From an uncultured Methanosarcinales archaeon (GTDB taxonomy: Archaea; Nanobdellota; Nanobdellia; Woesearchaeales; GW2011-AR15): a DNA stretch of 47,690 nt. The notes beneath the pieces were generated by a model. It was not told the DNA's origin, made no database searches, and worked only from the letters and a program-made list of their open reading frames with translations. Where the stretch lies: the NCBI GenBank assembly GCA_964392465.1, contig CAYMPC010000003.1, forward strand, positions 1 to 47,690, in the 5' to 3' direction. Both the position numbers and the translations under genes were made by a program. How positions within the stretch are numbered: position 1 is the stretch's first letter; each line of letters starts with the position of its first letter. Positions 1 through 8,980 of the stretch are shown piece by piece.

Positions 1-556
1 TATATTCTAGTCTCTGGAACTTTTGAATTAATCCTTTGGGATTATAAACCTTCATTATAGGTGTTGCAATTGCCAATTTTTTATTATTCTGATGCTCATA
101 AACCATATAGGTCAAAGCTTCCTTGTCAACAAAAGAATCAGCATCTAGACAAGCAAACAAATCTCCTTTTAAAACAGATATCCCTTTATTTAATGCTTTA
201 CCTTTTCCTCCTCTTTTTTGAAAAAAATATTTTATATCATAACCTGCATACTTTTTTATAAGCTTATTTGATATATGACCTGTCTTATCTGTAGAACCAT
301 CATCTATAATTAAAATCTCTAATTTTTCTTTTGGGTAATCCAATTCAATCAATGAAGAAATTGTCTTTTCTATTGTACTTTCTTCATTGTAGCAGGGAAC
401 AATAACAGATACTAAGGGGAATTCCTTGAGTTTTGGTTTTTTGCTTAAATCCTTTTGAATCTCTTCTTTTTTTTCTAAAAAAAACAACAACCAATATATC
501 AAGAAGTATAATGTTAATAGATATGAAAACCAAACTACAAGTTTAATTAATTCCAT
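1..556 (-). CDS. Family-2 (GT-A) glycosyltransferase with N-terminal TM helix; N-terminal part only, the gene runs off the window start
   Basis: Absent from the ORF track because no stop lies in the window. Hand translation of the minus strand from the ATG at 556-554 gives MELIKLVVWFSYLLTLYFLIYWLLFFLEKKEEIQKDLSKKPKLKEFPLVSVIVPCYNEESTIEKT..., continuing through DDGSTDKT and a later LDADS. These are the GT2 signatures (VPxYNEE, DDGSxD, DxD). No in-frame stop in the parts I translated. Confidence 0.75.
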   Translation of the reverse strand, partial: MELIKLVVWFSYLLTLYFLIYWLLFFLEKKEEIQKDLSKKPKLKEFPLVSVIVPCYNEESTIEKTISSLIELDYPKEKLEILIIDDGSTDKTGHISNKLIKKYAGYDIKYFFQKRGGKGKALNKGISVLKGDLFACLDADSFVDKEALTYMVYEHQNNKKLAIATPIMKVYNPKGLIQKFQRLEY

Positions 557-617
557 ATCTCCTGGGGCTTTTTGCAAATTTTTAAATGTTTCGCTATACT
601 CGAGAGAACAGAGGAAT

Positions 618-2000
618 CTAATTTTGAGAAAGTAATTGCCAAATTTCAACTTCCTGATAATCATATATTTTTTTAAAAGAAATGCTATTTAATAGAACAA
701 ATTGCATTCCTTCTTCTGGCTTTTCCCATACTTCTCCATTTTTCATTTTTTGGTTGATCCAGATATAATTTAAGTTATTATCATTTAAAAAGAGAGTTAT
801 ATTTTTAAGGTTTCTTGATGCAAAAATCTCCTCGCTCTTAAGGATTCTTGCCTTATCCTTAGAGTATAAAAGGTAATTATTATCGGTATAAGTTTTAAAT
901 CTGGAAATACTGTTTATTATAAATCCATATTTATGATAAGAAAAAACATCTCCTTCCGGAACATTGCTTTTTAACCATTCTAAACTTATTATTTCTGCGT
1001 TTTTTGGACCTTCTTGTAAAATCCTGTTTAAGTAAGAACCAGAAGAGAAAAGCAACCCGCAAAAAATCAAAAGGATAACATAACTTTTTAAAGTTGTGCT
1101 TTCCCATTCTCGCTCAGTTATTTTCATAAACGCCAATCCTGCAAAATAGGATAAAATTAAAGTAATAAATAAAATAATAAAACTTGCGTATAAAGAGCAA
1201 ATAAAAAGAAAAATAAGAATAAAATAAGAAAGTGCTTTTTCTTTCTTCGTTTTCCAAGAAAAGAATATTCCGAAAAGACCTAGAAAAAAGATAAAGATAC
1301 TAAAACCAAAAAGAGAACCTAGATCCGATATGTAATAAGTAACAAGATTGTATAAAGAAATATCTCTCAAAAGAGACGCGTATGTTATCCTAATAAAAAA
1401 ATAAGAAACCAGCGCTGTACTAATTAATGGAAAAACAAGGTTTCTGCTTTTAAATCTTTCATATAGAAATATCAACAAGAGAATAATTATCAAAAAAAAA
1501 GCAGGATTAAATAAGAACGAAAAAAGGAAAGATAAGAATCCTAAAAAATATAGGTCTCTTAAAAGTAAATAAGTTCCAAAAAAAAGAAAAAAGAGAGATA
1601 AAAAAAGAATATTATAAGTTAAAGTAAGATATAAAAAAAAAGGAGAAAAAACAAAAAAAATAGTGGTATACATCTTTTGCTCCTCTTTTTCAAGGACATT
1701 ATCTAAGATTTTTTTTATTAGGAAAACATTTAGAATACCAAAAAATATAGGAAGAATCCTCATAAAAAAAACAGGATACCGAGAAAAAGAGACAAGATAA
1801 TTAAGAAGGAAACTTGTTTCTTCTAAAAAAAGAATTATGTTGTTTGTGTTTTTTATTTGATTTATTTCTGATAAATGTTCATATTCTTCATAAGATAAGA
1901 AATTTGTGTTTTTTGAAAATTTAAAAAGATAAAAAGAAGAGATAACAAGGATCATACCCAAAAGAAGAACCATGTTTTTTTGTATCTCTTTCTGTTTCAT
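618..2000 (-). CDS. Polytopic GT-C-type membrane protein with C-terminal soluble domain, STT3/AglB-like architecture (paralog 3)
   Basis: Track ORF 618-2009 begins at TTG; the first ATG is at 2000 (MKQKEIQKNMVLLLG). Many hydrophobic segments, then a soluble tail containing EWLKSNVPEGDVFSYHKYGFIINS, which resembles the STT3 block W-L-x-x-N-T-P...WWDYG. First loop has LSYEEYEHLSEINQI. Confidence 0.5.
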   Translation of the reverse strand: MKQKEIQKNMVLLLGMILVISSFYLFKFSKNTNFLSYEEYEHLSEINQIKNTNNIILFLEETSFLLNYLVSFSRYPVFFMRILPIFFGILNVFLIKKILDNVLEKEEQKMYTTIFFVFSPFFLYLTLTYNILFLSLFFLFFGTYLLLRDLYFLGFLSFLFSFLFNPAFFLIIILLLIFLYERFKSRNLVFPLISTALVSYFFIRITYASLLRDISLYNLVTYYISDLGSLFGFSIFIFFLGLFGIFFSWKTKKEKALSYFILIFLFICSLYASFIILFITLILSYFAGLAFMKITEREWESTTLKSYVILLIFCGLLFSSGSYLNRILQEGPKNAEIISLEWLKSNVPEGDVFSYHKYGFIINSISRFKTYTDNNYLLYSKDKARILKSEEIFASRNLKNITLFLNDNNLNYIWINQKMKNGEVWEKPEEGMQFVLLNSISFKKIYDYQEVEIWQLLSQN

Positions 2001-2005
2001 TTTAA

Positions 2006-3517
2006 TCAAATCGCCTTCAATTCACACCGCTCTTTGTTTCTTTTGAAAATTTGCGCTTCCTTGGTATTATAAACCAAATCAAAGCACTTTTCATCTATTG
2101 TGCGCATTTGAGTAAGATTATACTCTTGCTTTGTTTTAGAAGAAAAAAGAACATAATCTGAATTATATTTGTTAAGGATTCTTAAGGTTTCAACTTTAAA
2201 AGAAGTTGTATATATTGTTTTTATGTCCTCGAATCTAATATCTACATCTTTTACGCCTAAATATTCTCTGTCCATGACATTTTTTCTAGCACCAAGATAA
2301 GTAATAAAATGACCCTCTTCAGGAATTGAAAAAATAATTGCTTCTTCGGGTGTGTTTTTTTGTAACCAAGAAAAAGTACCCATGTATTCATCTGTTGGTA
2401 TTTTTGATGTTATCTCTCCCATTATTAAAAAACTAGGAAGAGTATGCCCGAATAACAACAAAACAAAAACAACAAAGTATAATTTAGACTCATGGTCTGA
2501 AAACTTGGTTTTTTTGATTGTTGCAAAAAAGTCTGCCAGAAATTGTCCTAATAGTATTACAAGTGTAACTCCTAAAAACATTAAAGAAAGTTCTGCAGGC
2601 AAAAATTTAAACCAAAACATGAGAAAGGTAGATAAAAAAAAACTGATAAATAATAACATATTCCTGCTTTTTTTAAAAATAAGATATTTGTAAATTGTAT
2701 ATATGCCAAAAACAAAGGGGAATATGCCTATACTTGCTAGTGCTACAGAAAGATTAATTGAAGTAAAGTATTTATCTATTGTGCTTGCAGGAACATTATT
2801 CCAAATTACTGAAAAACCATTATTTTGAAATGCGAATTTAAATACTATAAAATTTGCCCATAAATAAAAGAAAATAAAAAACGTCATAAATTCAATTTTT
2901 ATTTTTTCGATTTCTACATTTTCAATATAGGATAAAATCAGATAAATTATCAGCCCAACAAGGATTAAAAAGGAATAAGGAGAAATCATTATCAACAATA
3001 GTGTTAGAAAAATCAGATTGTTCAGATTTTTTTTATCTCTCTCAAGCATAATAAAAAGATATAATAAAAGAAAGGTGGCTGGAAAAAGAAATGAATATAT
3101 GCTAAGTTTATTTAAAGTTTCATTTATATATAAAGGAAAAGAAGCAGCCGCAATAGAACATAGCAGAGAGACATTTCTGTTTTTTATTGTTTGTGAAGTA
3201 ATAAGGTATATTATAATAACTAATGTTGATGCAAAAAGGTTGTTTATTATTTTTAAAACTAATATCTTTGGAAATAACAAGGCAAAAAAAGCCATGATGT
3301 AAAAATAAACCGGCATAAAAACAAAAGTTCTTCCTCCATAGCTGAGTTCGTCTTGAATTAATGGCTTTCCCGTGCTTAAAATATGATCAATTTGCCTTAG
3401 TGCAAAATAAGAAGTATCATCACTGAAGTACTCTGACTGAAGAGAAAAATAAAGTCGAATAAAGAAATATGATAAAAAAAGTAAAGTTAATAAGATATGT
3501 CTGAATTTTATTTTCAT
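2006..3517 (-). CDS. Polytopic GT-C-type membrane protein, STT3/AglB-like architecture (paralog 2)
   Basis: 503 aa with an ATG start. First extracytoplasmic loop YFSDDTSYFALRQIDHILSTG resembles the STT3 DxD/DPxYH-R loop. C-terminal soluble part has FSWLQKNTPEEAIIFSIPEEGHFITYLGARKNVMD, i.e. the WLxxNTP block followed by a degenerate WWDYG position. Confidence 0.55.
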   Translation of the reverse strand: MKIKFRHILLTLLFLSYFFIRLYFSLQSEYFSDDTSYFALRQIDHILSTGKPLIQDELSYGGRTFVFMPVYFYIMAFFALLFPKILVLKIINNLFASTLVIIIYLITSQTIKNRNVSLLCSIAAASFPLYINETLNKLSIYSFLFPATFLLLYLFIMLERDKKNLNNLIFLTLLLIMISPYSFLILVGLIIYLILSYIENVEIEKIKIEFMTFFIFFYLWANFIVFKFAFQNNGFSVIWNNVPASTIDKYFTSINLSVALASIGIFPFVFGIYTIYKYLIFKKSRNMLLFISFFLSTFLMFWFKFLPAELSLMFLGVTLVILLGQFLADFFATIKKTKFSDHESKLYFVVFVLLLFGHTLPSFLIMGEITSKIPTDEYMGTFSWLQKNTPEEAIIFSIPEEGHFITYLGARKNVMDREYLGVKDVDIRFEDIKTIYTTSFKVETLRILNKYNSDYVLFSSKTKQEYNLTQMRTIDEKCFDLVYNTKEAQIFKRNKERCELKAI

Positions 3518-3548
3518 TTTAATTATAACCTATATTCTTATTTTATTT

Positions 3549-3962
3549 TTATATTTTAATATTTTTAACATGGAAAACAAGGGAAATAATAAATGTTAAA
3601 AAAGCAACTACAAAAAACAAGAGCTTTGTAATTGGAAACTTCAAAACAATATCCAATATAACATAAATAGCTGAATATGTTAAACCAAGCAAGTTTGTTA
3701 AAAAAAATCTCTCTATTGTGCTTAAATAAGGGATTTGTTGAATGAAAAAAACAAAAGGAAAATACATAAATAATAGATAAGTGAATGCTAGTTTAAAAGA
3801 CAAAACTATATCATTCAAAGGAAGCGTGATTATAAAGAAAATTACAAAACTGAGTAGACTGCTTTTAAGAATTTCATAAAAAGAAAACGCAGCTCCTTTT
3901 TCCTTGGTTGTGTCCTCTTGTTTATAATGTTTGATTTCGTTATAATTCTTCTTTTTTTTCAT
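3549..3962 (-). CDS. Small ~4-TM membrane protein, unknown function, embedded in the GT-C operon
   Basis: 137 aa: a Lys-rich N-terminus then about four hydrophobic helices. Its start overlaps the upstream gene's 3' end by 23 nt (3940-3962). No recognisable motif. Confidence 0.5.
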   Translation of the reverse strand: MKKKKNYNEIKHYKQEDTTKEKGAAFSFYEILKSSLLSFVIFFIITLPLNDIVLSFKLAFTYLLFMYFPFVFFIQQIPYLSTIERFFLTNLLGLTYSAIYVILDIVLKFPITKLLFFVVAFLTFIISLVFHVKNIKI

Positions 3963-5601
3963 TTTTTAGTATAATATAACCTTCTGTATTGTAGACTATA
4001 TTAAAGTTGTATTTATTTATATATTCTGATACAAAAAAACGATTTATGTTTGCAAGATCTGGTGTTAAGTCTTGAAATATGACATAATCAAAATCAAGAA
4101 TATTATATGTTCTATTTGGTTCTAGATATGTCGAATAAGTCCAGAAATCTGTCTCAATCTTATGGCTTCTTAGTGTGTTTGCGCCCCATTCTCCTTCAAA
4201 TACTAATGGAGTTGTATTTGTTGAAACATATTCATTTACCTTTCTTTGGTATTCATTCATATCAAAATAAGCAGTAATCCTTTTTGTGTAGATGGATTCT
4301 GATTGAAATACTCCTCCATAAAATAGGAGTTTGCTTTCTTTATCTGTATTTGCCTGAATCCATTGATATACTTTCCATTCTTCAATAGGAAGGTGTTCAT
4401 ACTTTAACCTATCTTTAAGAGTGTTGTATTCCTGAATAGAAGAAAATACAAGAAAAACAAAAATCAAAGAAACTACAATAAGTTCTGAAAATTTTATTTT
4501 TTTCAGAGACTTAATAATAAAAAAATATATTCCGTAAGCTATGGTTGGATATAAGAAAAAAGGCGTCATTGTCCTTAATCTTATGAAATAATATGGTTGT
4601 TCTATAATTATAGGAGTCAAATAGATTATCAAAAAGTAATATAAATTAATAAGCAACCATGTTTTGTATTTTTTTCTGTTCAAAAATAGCTGAACGAGTG
4701 TAATCAAAAAAATAACAAGAATATACCAAGGAATAAAAGAGAGAATGGGATAAACCAAACCACCGGAATATTCCTTATTAAAGTAAACGCTTCTTATTCC
4801 ATAAAGTCCTAGCTTAAATTGTGATCCTCCTTCATCTCCCCATACAAACAAAAATCTTGGAATAAGAACCAAAAAGACAACTAGAAATACGCCTCCTAAA
4901 AGAGCAAAAGATTTTAGTAAAAATTTAAAATCTTTAGATTTTAGAGAAACTTGGATTATATAAATCCCTAAAAGTAAAGTAGGTAAAAAAAGAACTCCTA
5001 AATCTTGGGGATGAACAAGCATTACACCCACCAGAGTAAGACCTATAAAAAACAGATTCCATTGTTCTTTTCTTTTAAAATATCTTACAAAAAGCCATAT
5101 AAAAGTAAGTATAAACAGATTGCTTACTATTTGCAACCATAATCCTATATAAAGCCCATAAAGCCACACACTTAAAGGCATAGGAAGTGATGCAAAAAAG
5201 GAAGATATCAGTGAGATCTTATTATTTTCAAATATTTCTAATGATATAAGATAAAGTATAACAACATAAAAAGCCATTGAAATGCATATTAAAAAATAAA
5301 GTGTCACCCAAGCAGGCAAACTTGAAAAACTTGTTAAAATAGAAGAAGACAAATAATATAAAGGTGGTTGAAGGCTTGCTTCTTTTTCTTTTCCTAAGGA
5401 GATATAAGAATCATAATAATTCCACTGCTTTGTGTCAAGAATTCCCTCGACAGCAATTGAGTGATAAAAAGGATCCGCTGCTTTAAGATTACCTGGATGT
5501 GATAACGGGAGTCCATCTAAATTTAAATAAAGAATAGATGAAAACGCAAAAAGAAACAATATAACGTAAGATAAGTATTCCTCTTTAAAAAAATCCCCCA
5601 T
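3940..5601 (-). CDS. Polytopic GT-C-type membrane protein, STT3/AglB-like architecture (paralog 1)
   Basis: 553 aa. First loop has KAADPFYHSIAVEG (compare STT3/AglB DP[YF]YH). C-terminal soluble part has YQWIQANTDKESKLLFYGGVFQSESIYTKRITAYFD. Confidence 0.55.
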   Translation of the reverse strand: MGDFFKEEYLSYVILFLFAFSSILYLNLDGLPLSHPGNLKAADPFYHSIAVEGILDTKQWNYYDSYISLGKEKEASLQPPLYYLSSSILTSFSSLPAWVTLYFLICISMAFYVVILYLISLEIFENNKISLISSFFASLPMPLSVWLYGLYIGLWLQIVSNLFILTFIWLFVRYFKRKEQWNLFFIGLTLVGVMLVHPQDLGVLFLPTLLLGIYIIQVSLKSKDFKFLLKSFALLGGVFLVVFLVLIPRFLFVWGDEGGSQFKLGLYGIRSVYFNKEYSGGLVYPILSFIPWYILVIFLITLVQLFLNRKKYKTWLLINLYYFLIIYLTPIIIEQPYYFIRLRTMTPFFLYPTIAYGIYFFIIKSLKKIKFSELIVVSLIFVFLVFSSIQEYNTLKDRLKYEHLPIEEWKVYQWIQANTDKESKLLFYGGVFQSESIYTKRITAYFDMNEYQRKVNEYVSTNTTPLVFEGEWGANTLRSHKIETDFWTYSTYLEPNRTYNILDFDYVIFQDLTPDLANINRFFVSEYINKYNFNIVYNTEGYIILKNEKKEEL

Positions 5602-5702
5602 TTATCTTATAAAATACTCATTAATTATTAAGTTTTTGTTTTTAATACTCTTTTCAAATAAACTTAAATAGTCTTTACTAATTTAAGATAAACTGAAGAT
5701 AA

Positions 5703-6332
5703 ATGAGTAAACAAAACAAAATTTTTATGCCTGAGGATCATATGGATTCACTATATAATTCCAAGAATCCTTTAGTAAGATTTGTTCATAATAATAGGTT
5801 AGATAGACTTGCTTTTTCTTTGCCTAAAAAAAATAATTTAAAAGTGTTGGATGCTGGTTGTGGAGAGGGGCATTTAATCCAAAAATTAAATTCTGTTAAT
5901 AATAAAAATAAATATTATGGTGCTGATCTAACAGGCATTGCCTTAAAAAAGGCAAAAAAAAGATGCCCTTATGCAAATTTAAAAAAGATGGATTTAACTA
6001 AGTTAAACTATGATGCTTCTTTTTTTGATATTGTTATATGTAGTGAAGTTATAGAGCACATTTATGAATATGAAAAAGTGATTTCTGAATTAGTTCGGGT
6101 TTTAAAAAAAGGGGGCTTCTTAATAATAACCTTTCCTAATGAGAAGTTATGGACTCTCAGCAGAGTGCTTCTTTTGAGAAGACCAATAAAAGTTCCCGAT
6201 CATGTCAATTCTTTTCAACCAAAATATTTTAAAGAAAAAGTAAATATGAAATTGGTTTACCAATTTAATCTGCCCTTTAATATGCCTTTCTTCTTTTCTC
6301 TTGGATGTTTGATGAAGTTCAGCAAAGAATAA
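5703..6332 (+). CDS. Class I SAM-dependent methyltransferase
   Basis: Motif I VLDAGCGEGHL; acidic post-I residue in YYGADL; motif-II-like FDIVICSEVIEHI; LKKGGFLIITFPN. Confidence 0.85.
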   Translation: MSKQNKIFMPEDHMDSLYNSKNPLVRFVHNNRLDRLAFSLPKKNNLKVLDAGCGEGHLIQKLNSVNNKNKYYGADLTGIALKKAKKRCPYANLKKMDLTKLNYDASFFDIVICSEVIEHIYEYEKVISELVRVLKKGGFLIITFPNEKLWTLSRVLLLRRPIKVPDHVNSFQPKYFKEKVNMKLVYQFNLPFNMPFFFSLGCLMKFSKE

Positions 6333-6339
6333 TTAAAAG

Positions 6340-7053
6340 TTAATATTTTTTAGCAAAATCATTTAATCTTATTTTTATAAGTTCAAAAAGCATAGAAAAA
6401 GAATCTTTGAATAATCTGACTTTACTAGAAGAATCGTTATACCATTCAACTCCTATCTCTTTTATCTTTAGGTTATATTTATTTGCCAAAAAAAGTATTT
6501 CAACATCAAAACCAAATCCGAATATTTTTTGCTTTTTGAATATTTTCCTGCTTTTTTTCATGTTAAATAATTTGAATCCGCACTGTGTATCTTTTATTTT
6601 TAAATTAATGAAAAAACTAACTAAAAAAGGAAAAATATTTCCTGCCATAATTCTCCAGGGTGTCTGTTTTTCTACAACATTAGATTCTTTTGTCCTTCTA
6701 GAACCTAAAATGATGTCATATTCAGGGATAATGGCTAAAAACTTCTCTATCTCTTCTATAGGAGTACTTAAGTCAGCATCTGTAAATAAGGCATAATCTC
6801 CTTTGCAATGGAGCATTCCGCTTTTTACTGAATATCCCTTTCCCATATTACAAGGGTTCTTTATAATTATTATATCTTTTGAGACCTTAATTATTTTATT
6901 TATTGTGTTGTCTGTTGAACCATCATCTACAACTATTATTTCAAACTTGGCTTCTTTTTTTTTTAGATATGCTAATATCTTAATTAGGGTTTTTTCTATT
7001 CTCTTTTCTTCATTATATGCAGGAATAATAACAGATAAAAATTTGGGTTTCAT
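6340..7053 (-). CDS. GT2 glycosyltransferase, dolichyl-phosphate hexose synthase-like (Dpm1/Alg5/AglK type)
   Basis: LSVIIPAYNEEKRIEKTL, IIVVDDGSTDNT, FTDADLSTPIEE, and a short soluble protein of 237 aa. This is the typical polyprenyl-phosphate sugar synthase pattern. Confidence 0.8.
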   Translation of the reverse strand: MKPKFLSVIIPAYNEEKRIEKTLIKILAYLKKKEAKFEIIVVDDGSTDNTINKIIKVSKDIIIIKNPCNMGKGYSVKSGMLHCKGDYALFTDADLSTPIEEIEKFLAIIPEYDIILGSRRTKESNVVEKQTPWRIMAGNIFPFLVSFFINLKIKDTQCGFKLFNMKKSRKIFKKQKIFGFGFDVEILFLANKYNLKIKEIGVEWYNDSSSKVRLFKDSFSMLFELIKIRLNDFAKKY

Positions 7054-7055
7054 TG

Positions 7056-8168
7056 TTAATCCAGGTCAATTGTTATTTTTTTTTCTTTTTCATTAACTTC
7101 TTTTATGATCTTGTGGTTTTCCAGTTTTTCTTTTATTTCTCTAATTGAATGTTTTTCTCTTGCTTTTTTAATTTCTGACAGGACCTTATCTAAAAAAGCA
7201 TATTTCTCATATATCGCTTCTCCTTTCTTTTGGTTTTCCTGAAATGCATCAAAAAAGCCTTTAATCTGTACTTCCTGCTTTTTTATTATACCTTGAAGTT
7301 TTATTTTTTCATTATCTTTTTTAGAAACAAAAATATTTTGTTCTTCTGAAATACTTAAAAAATATTTTGATATTGCTTCACTAAAGAGATTAAACTTTTC
7401 TTTTTTATTATTTTTGAAAGTAATTAAATCAAATGGAGAAAAATTTACAGGCTTATTGTTTTCAAAATAAACAAAGGGTTCTGGACTCATTTTTTTTATT
7501 TCGTCAAAAACATTATAGATTTGGGATATCTCTTTTTTTTCCAGTTGAATCTTTTTCTTATCGATTTTTGCCCTGTGGCATATTTCTTCGGCATATTTTC
7601 CGCCGAGCCCAAAATTTACTGCAAGGGTTATGACAATCGAATCTTTATCTGTTGTTTCAATTGATTTTACAAATTTGCCTTCGTCTAAGTTTAGAAAATT
7701 AACTTCTTTTTTGGGATAATCATAAATCGCTCCAGGCCTGATTAATCTAGAACCGAATCCTTTGTATTCTTTTGCCATAATTATTTTATAATTTTTATCG
7801 CATAAGATTAGATTGCCTGGCCTAAATAATTCTATTAATAAAAAATAGTTACTTGTCAATGTTTCTATTTCTATCTCTATAATCCTCTCAAATTCCTTTT
7901 GCAATATTTTTTTTATTCTTGTTTTCAATAAATGTTTTCTTAAAGAAAGAGCCAACTTTCCGCTTTCTTCAATCTCCTCTTTTGTATCTGATAGAAACAT
8001 ATAATTAGGGAAAAAAACATGGAGAAATTTCTTTTCTTTTCCAGGTATGTAAAACTGAAAAATTATGTGCTCTTCTTTTTGGAATATGTTTTCTACTCTT
8101 GATTCTTCAAGTACCTTAATCTCTTTCATTAAAAAAAAAAGGTCTATGGAAGATAGTTCTTGTGCCAT
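7056..8168 (-). CDS. NFACT-N family protein (Rqc2/NEMF/FbpA homolog), short form: NFACT-N + HhH + coiled coil only
   Basis: N-terminus SSIDLFFLMKEIKVLEESRVENIFQ...; LLIELFRPGNLILCDKNYKIIMAKEY...LIRPGAIYDYP; HhH-like FGLGGKYAEEICHRAKID; C-terminal K/E-rich helix. No NFACT-R (DUF814)-like segment before the stop. Confidence 0.7.
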   Translation of the reverse strand: MAQELSSIDLFFLMKEIKVLEESRVENIFQKEEHIIFQFYIPGKEKKFLHVFFPNYMFLSDTKEEIEESGKLALSLRKHLLKTRIKKILQKEFERIIEIEIETLTSNYFLLIELFRPGNLILCDKNYKIIMAKEYKGFGSRLIRPGAIYDYPKKEVNFLNLDEGKFVKSIETTDKDSIVITLAVNFGLGGKYAEEICHRAKIDKKKIQLEKKEISQIYNVFDEIKKMSPEPFVYFENNKPVNFSPFDLITFKNNKKEKFNLFSEAISKYFLSISEEQNIFVSKKDNEKIKLQGIIKKQEVQIKGFFDAFQENQKKGEAIYEKYAFLDKVLSEIKKAREKHSIREIKEKLENHKIIKEVNEKEKKITIDLD

Positions 8169-8220
8169 ATTGCTTCAATAGCATAAAATAAATCAAATAT
8201 ATTAATAATTAACTGAAAAA

Positions 8221-8228
8221 TTTATAAT
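8221..8228 (+). promoter_or_regulatory. TATA box (TTTATAAT) for the GT2 gene at 8253
   Basis: Lies 25-32 nt upstream of ATG 8253, preceded by GAAAAA. Confidence 0.4.
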
Positions 8229-8252
8229 CTAATGTAAAATATCAAAAGAAAT

Positions 8253-8969
8253 ATGATCTCTTTCATAATTCCCTGTCTTGATGAAGAAAAAAGAATTGCT
8301 TCTGTTATTAAGCAATTTGGAGTTCTAAAAGGTAAATATGATTATGAGGTTATTATAGGAGATGGCGGAAGCACAGACAAGACAGTAAAAATTGCAAAAA
8401 AACACGGGGCAAACGTATTTCAGAATAAAAGAGAGAATCAAAATATTGCAAAAAACAGGAACCTTGGGGCAAAGTATGCAAAAGGTGATATTTTGGTTTT
8501 TTGTGATGCAGATACCAAACTATCTAATCCCTTATTCTTCACTAAAACAATTATTTCTAAATTTGAAGATACAAATATTGTGGGCGGTGTTCCAAAGATA
8601 AGAGTACTTCCTAAAGAAGAAAAAAATGAAGATAAATTATATTTATTTATACTAAATCTATATTGCAAAGAGAGCTTTAAAACAAAAAAACCTATAGCGA
8701 GCGGACAATGCCAGATAATTAGGAGAAGCACTTTTGAAAAAATAAAAGGATATAATGAGAAGCTTGCACATGGTGAAGATGGAGACTTAATAATGCGCCT
8801 TGGAAAAATCGGAAAATTATATTTTTTCTCTAATCTCACTATTTATGAAAGTGCAAGAAGATATAGAAAATGGGGATACTCAAAGCTCATAACAACTGCA
8901 GCTGCCAATTTAATGTCAAGAGCTATTTTCAAAAAAGATATATTGAAAGAATGGGAAAGAGTTGAATAA
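8253..8969 (+). CDS. GT2 family glycosyltransferase
   Basis: ISFIIPCLDEEKRI, IIGDGGSTDKTVKIA, VFCDADTKL (DxD). Confidence 0.8.
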   Translation: MISFIIPCLDEEKRIASVIKQFGVLKGKYDYEVIIGDGGSTDKTVKIAKKHGANVFQNKRENQNIAKNRNLGAKYAKGDILVFCDADTKLSNPLFFTKTIISKFEDTNIVGGVPKIRVLPKEEKNEDKLYLFILNLYCKESFKTKKPIASGQCQIIRRSTFEKIKGYNEKLAHGEDGDLIMRLGKIGKLYFFSNLTIYESARRYRKWGYSKLITTAAANLMSRAIFKKDILKEWERVE

Positions 8970-8976
8970 TTTTTTT
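8970..8976 (+). terminator. Oligo-T tract (T7) directly after the GT2 stop codon
   Basis: TAA then TTTTTTT, in the 11-nt gap between the convergent genes 8253-8969 (+) and glmS (-). Confidence 0.3.
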
Positions 8977-8980
8977 ACAA

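Noticed and set aside
61-261. 66-aa + strand ORF near the window start
   Set aside because: It lies inside and antisense to the GT2 gene (1-556, minus strand), whose translation shows canonical GT-A motifs.
2001-2009. N-terminal extensions in the ORF track that begin at TTG/GTG
   Set aside because: The affected track starts are 2009, 11938, 13575, 15551, 24759, 25157, 27959, 31030, 34653, 39846 and 43601. In each case an ATG lies 2-11 codons downstream. That ATG removes an overlap with the neighbouring gene and gives a conventional N-terminus (for example MVLNDSLANV for uS8 and MAKKDL for uL6). I used the ATG starts, though alternative starts cannot be excluded.
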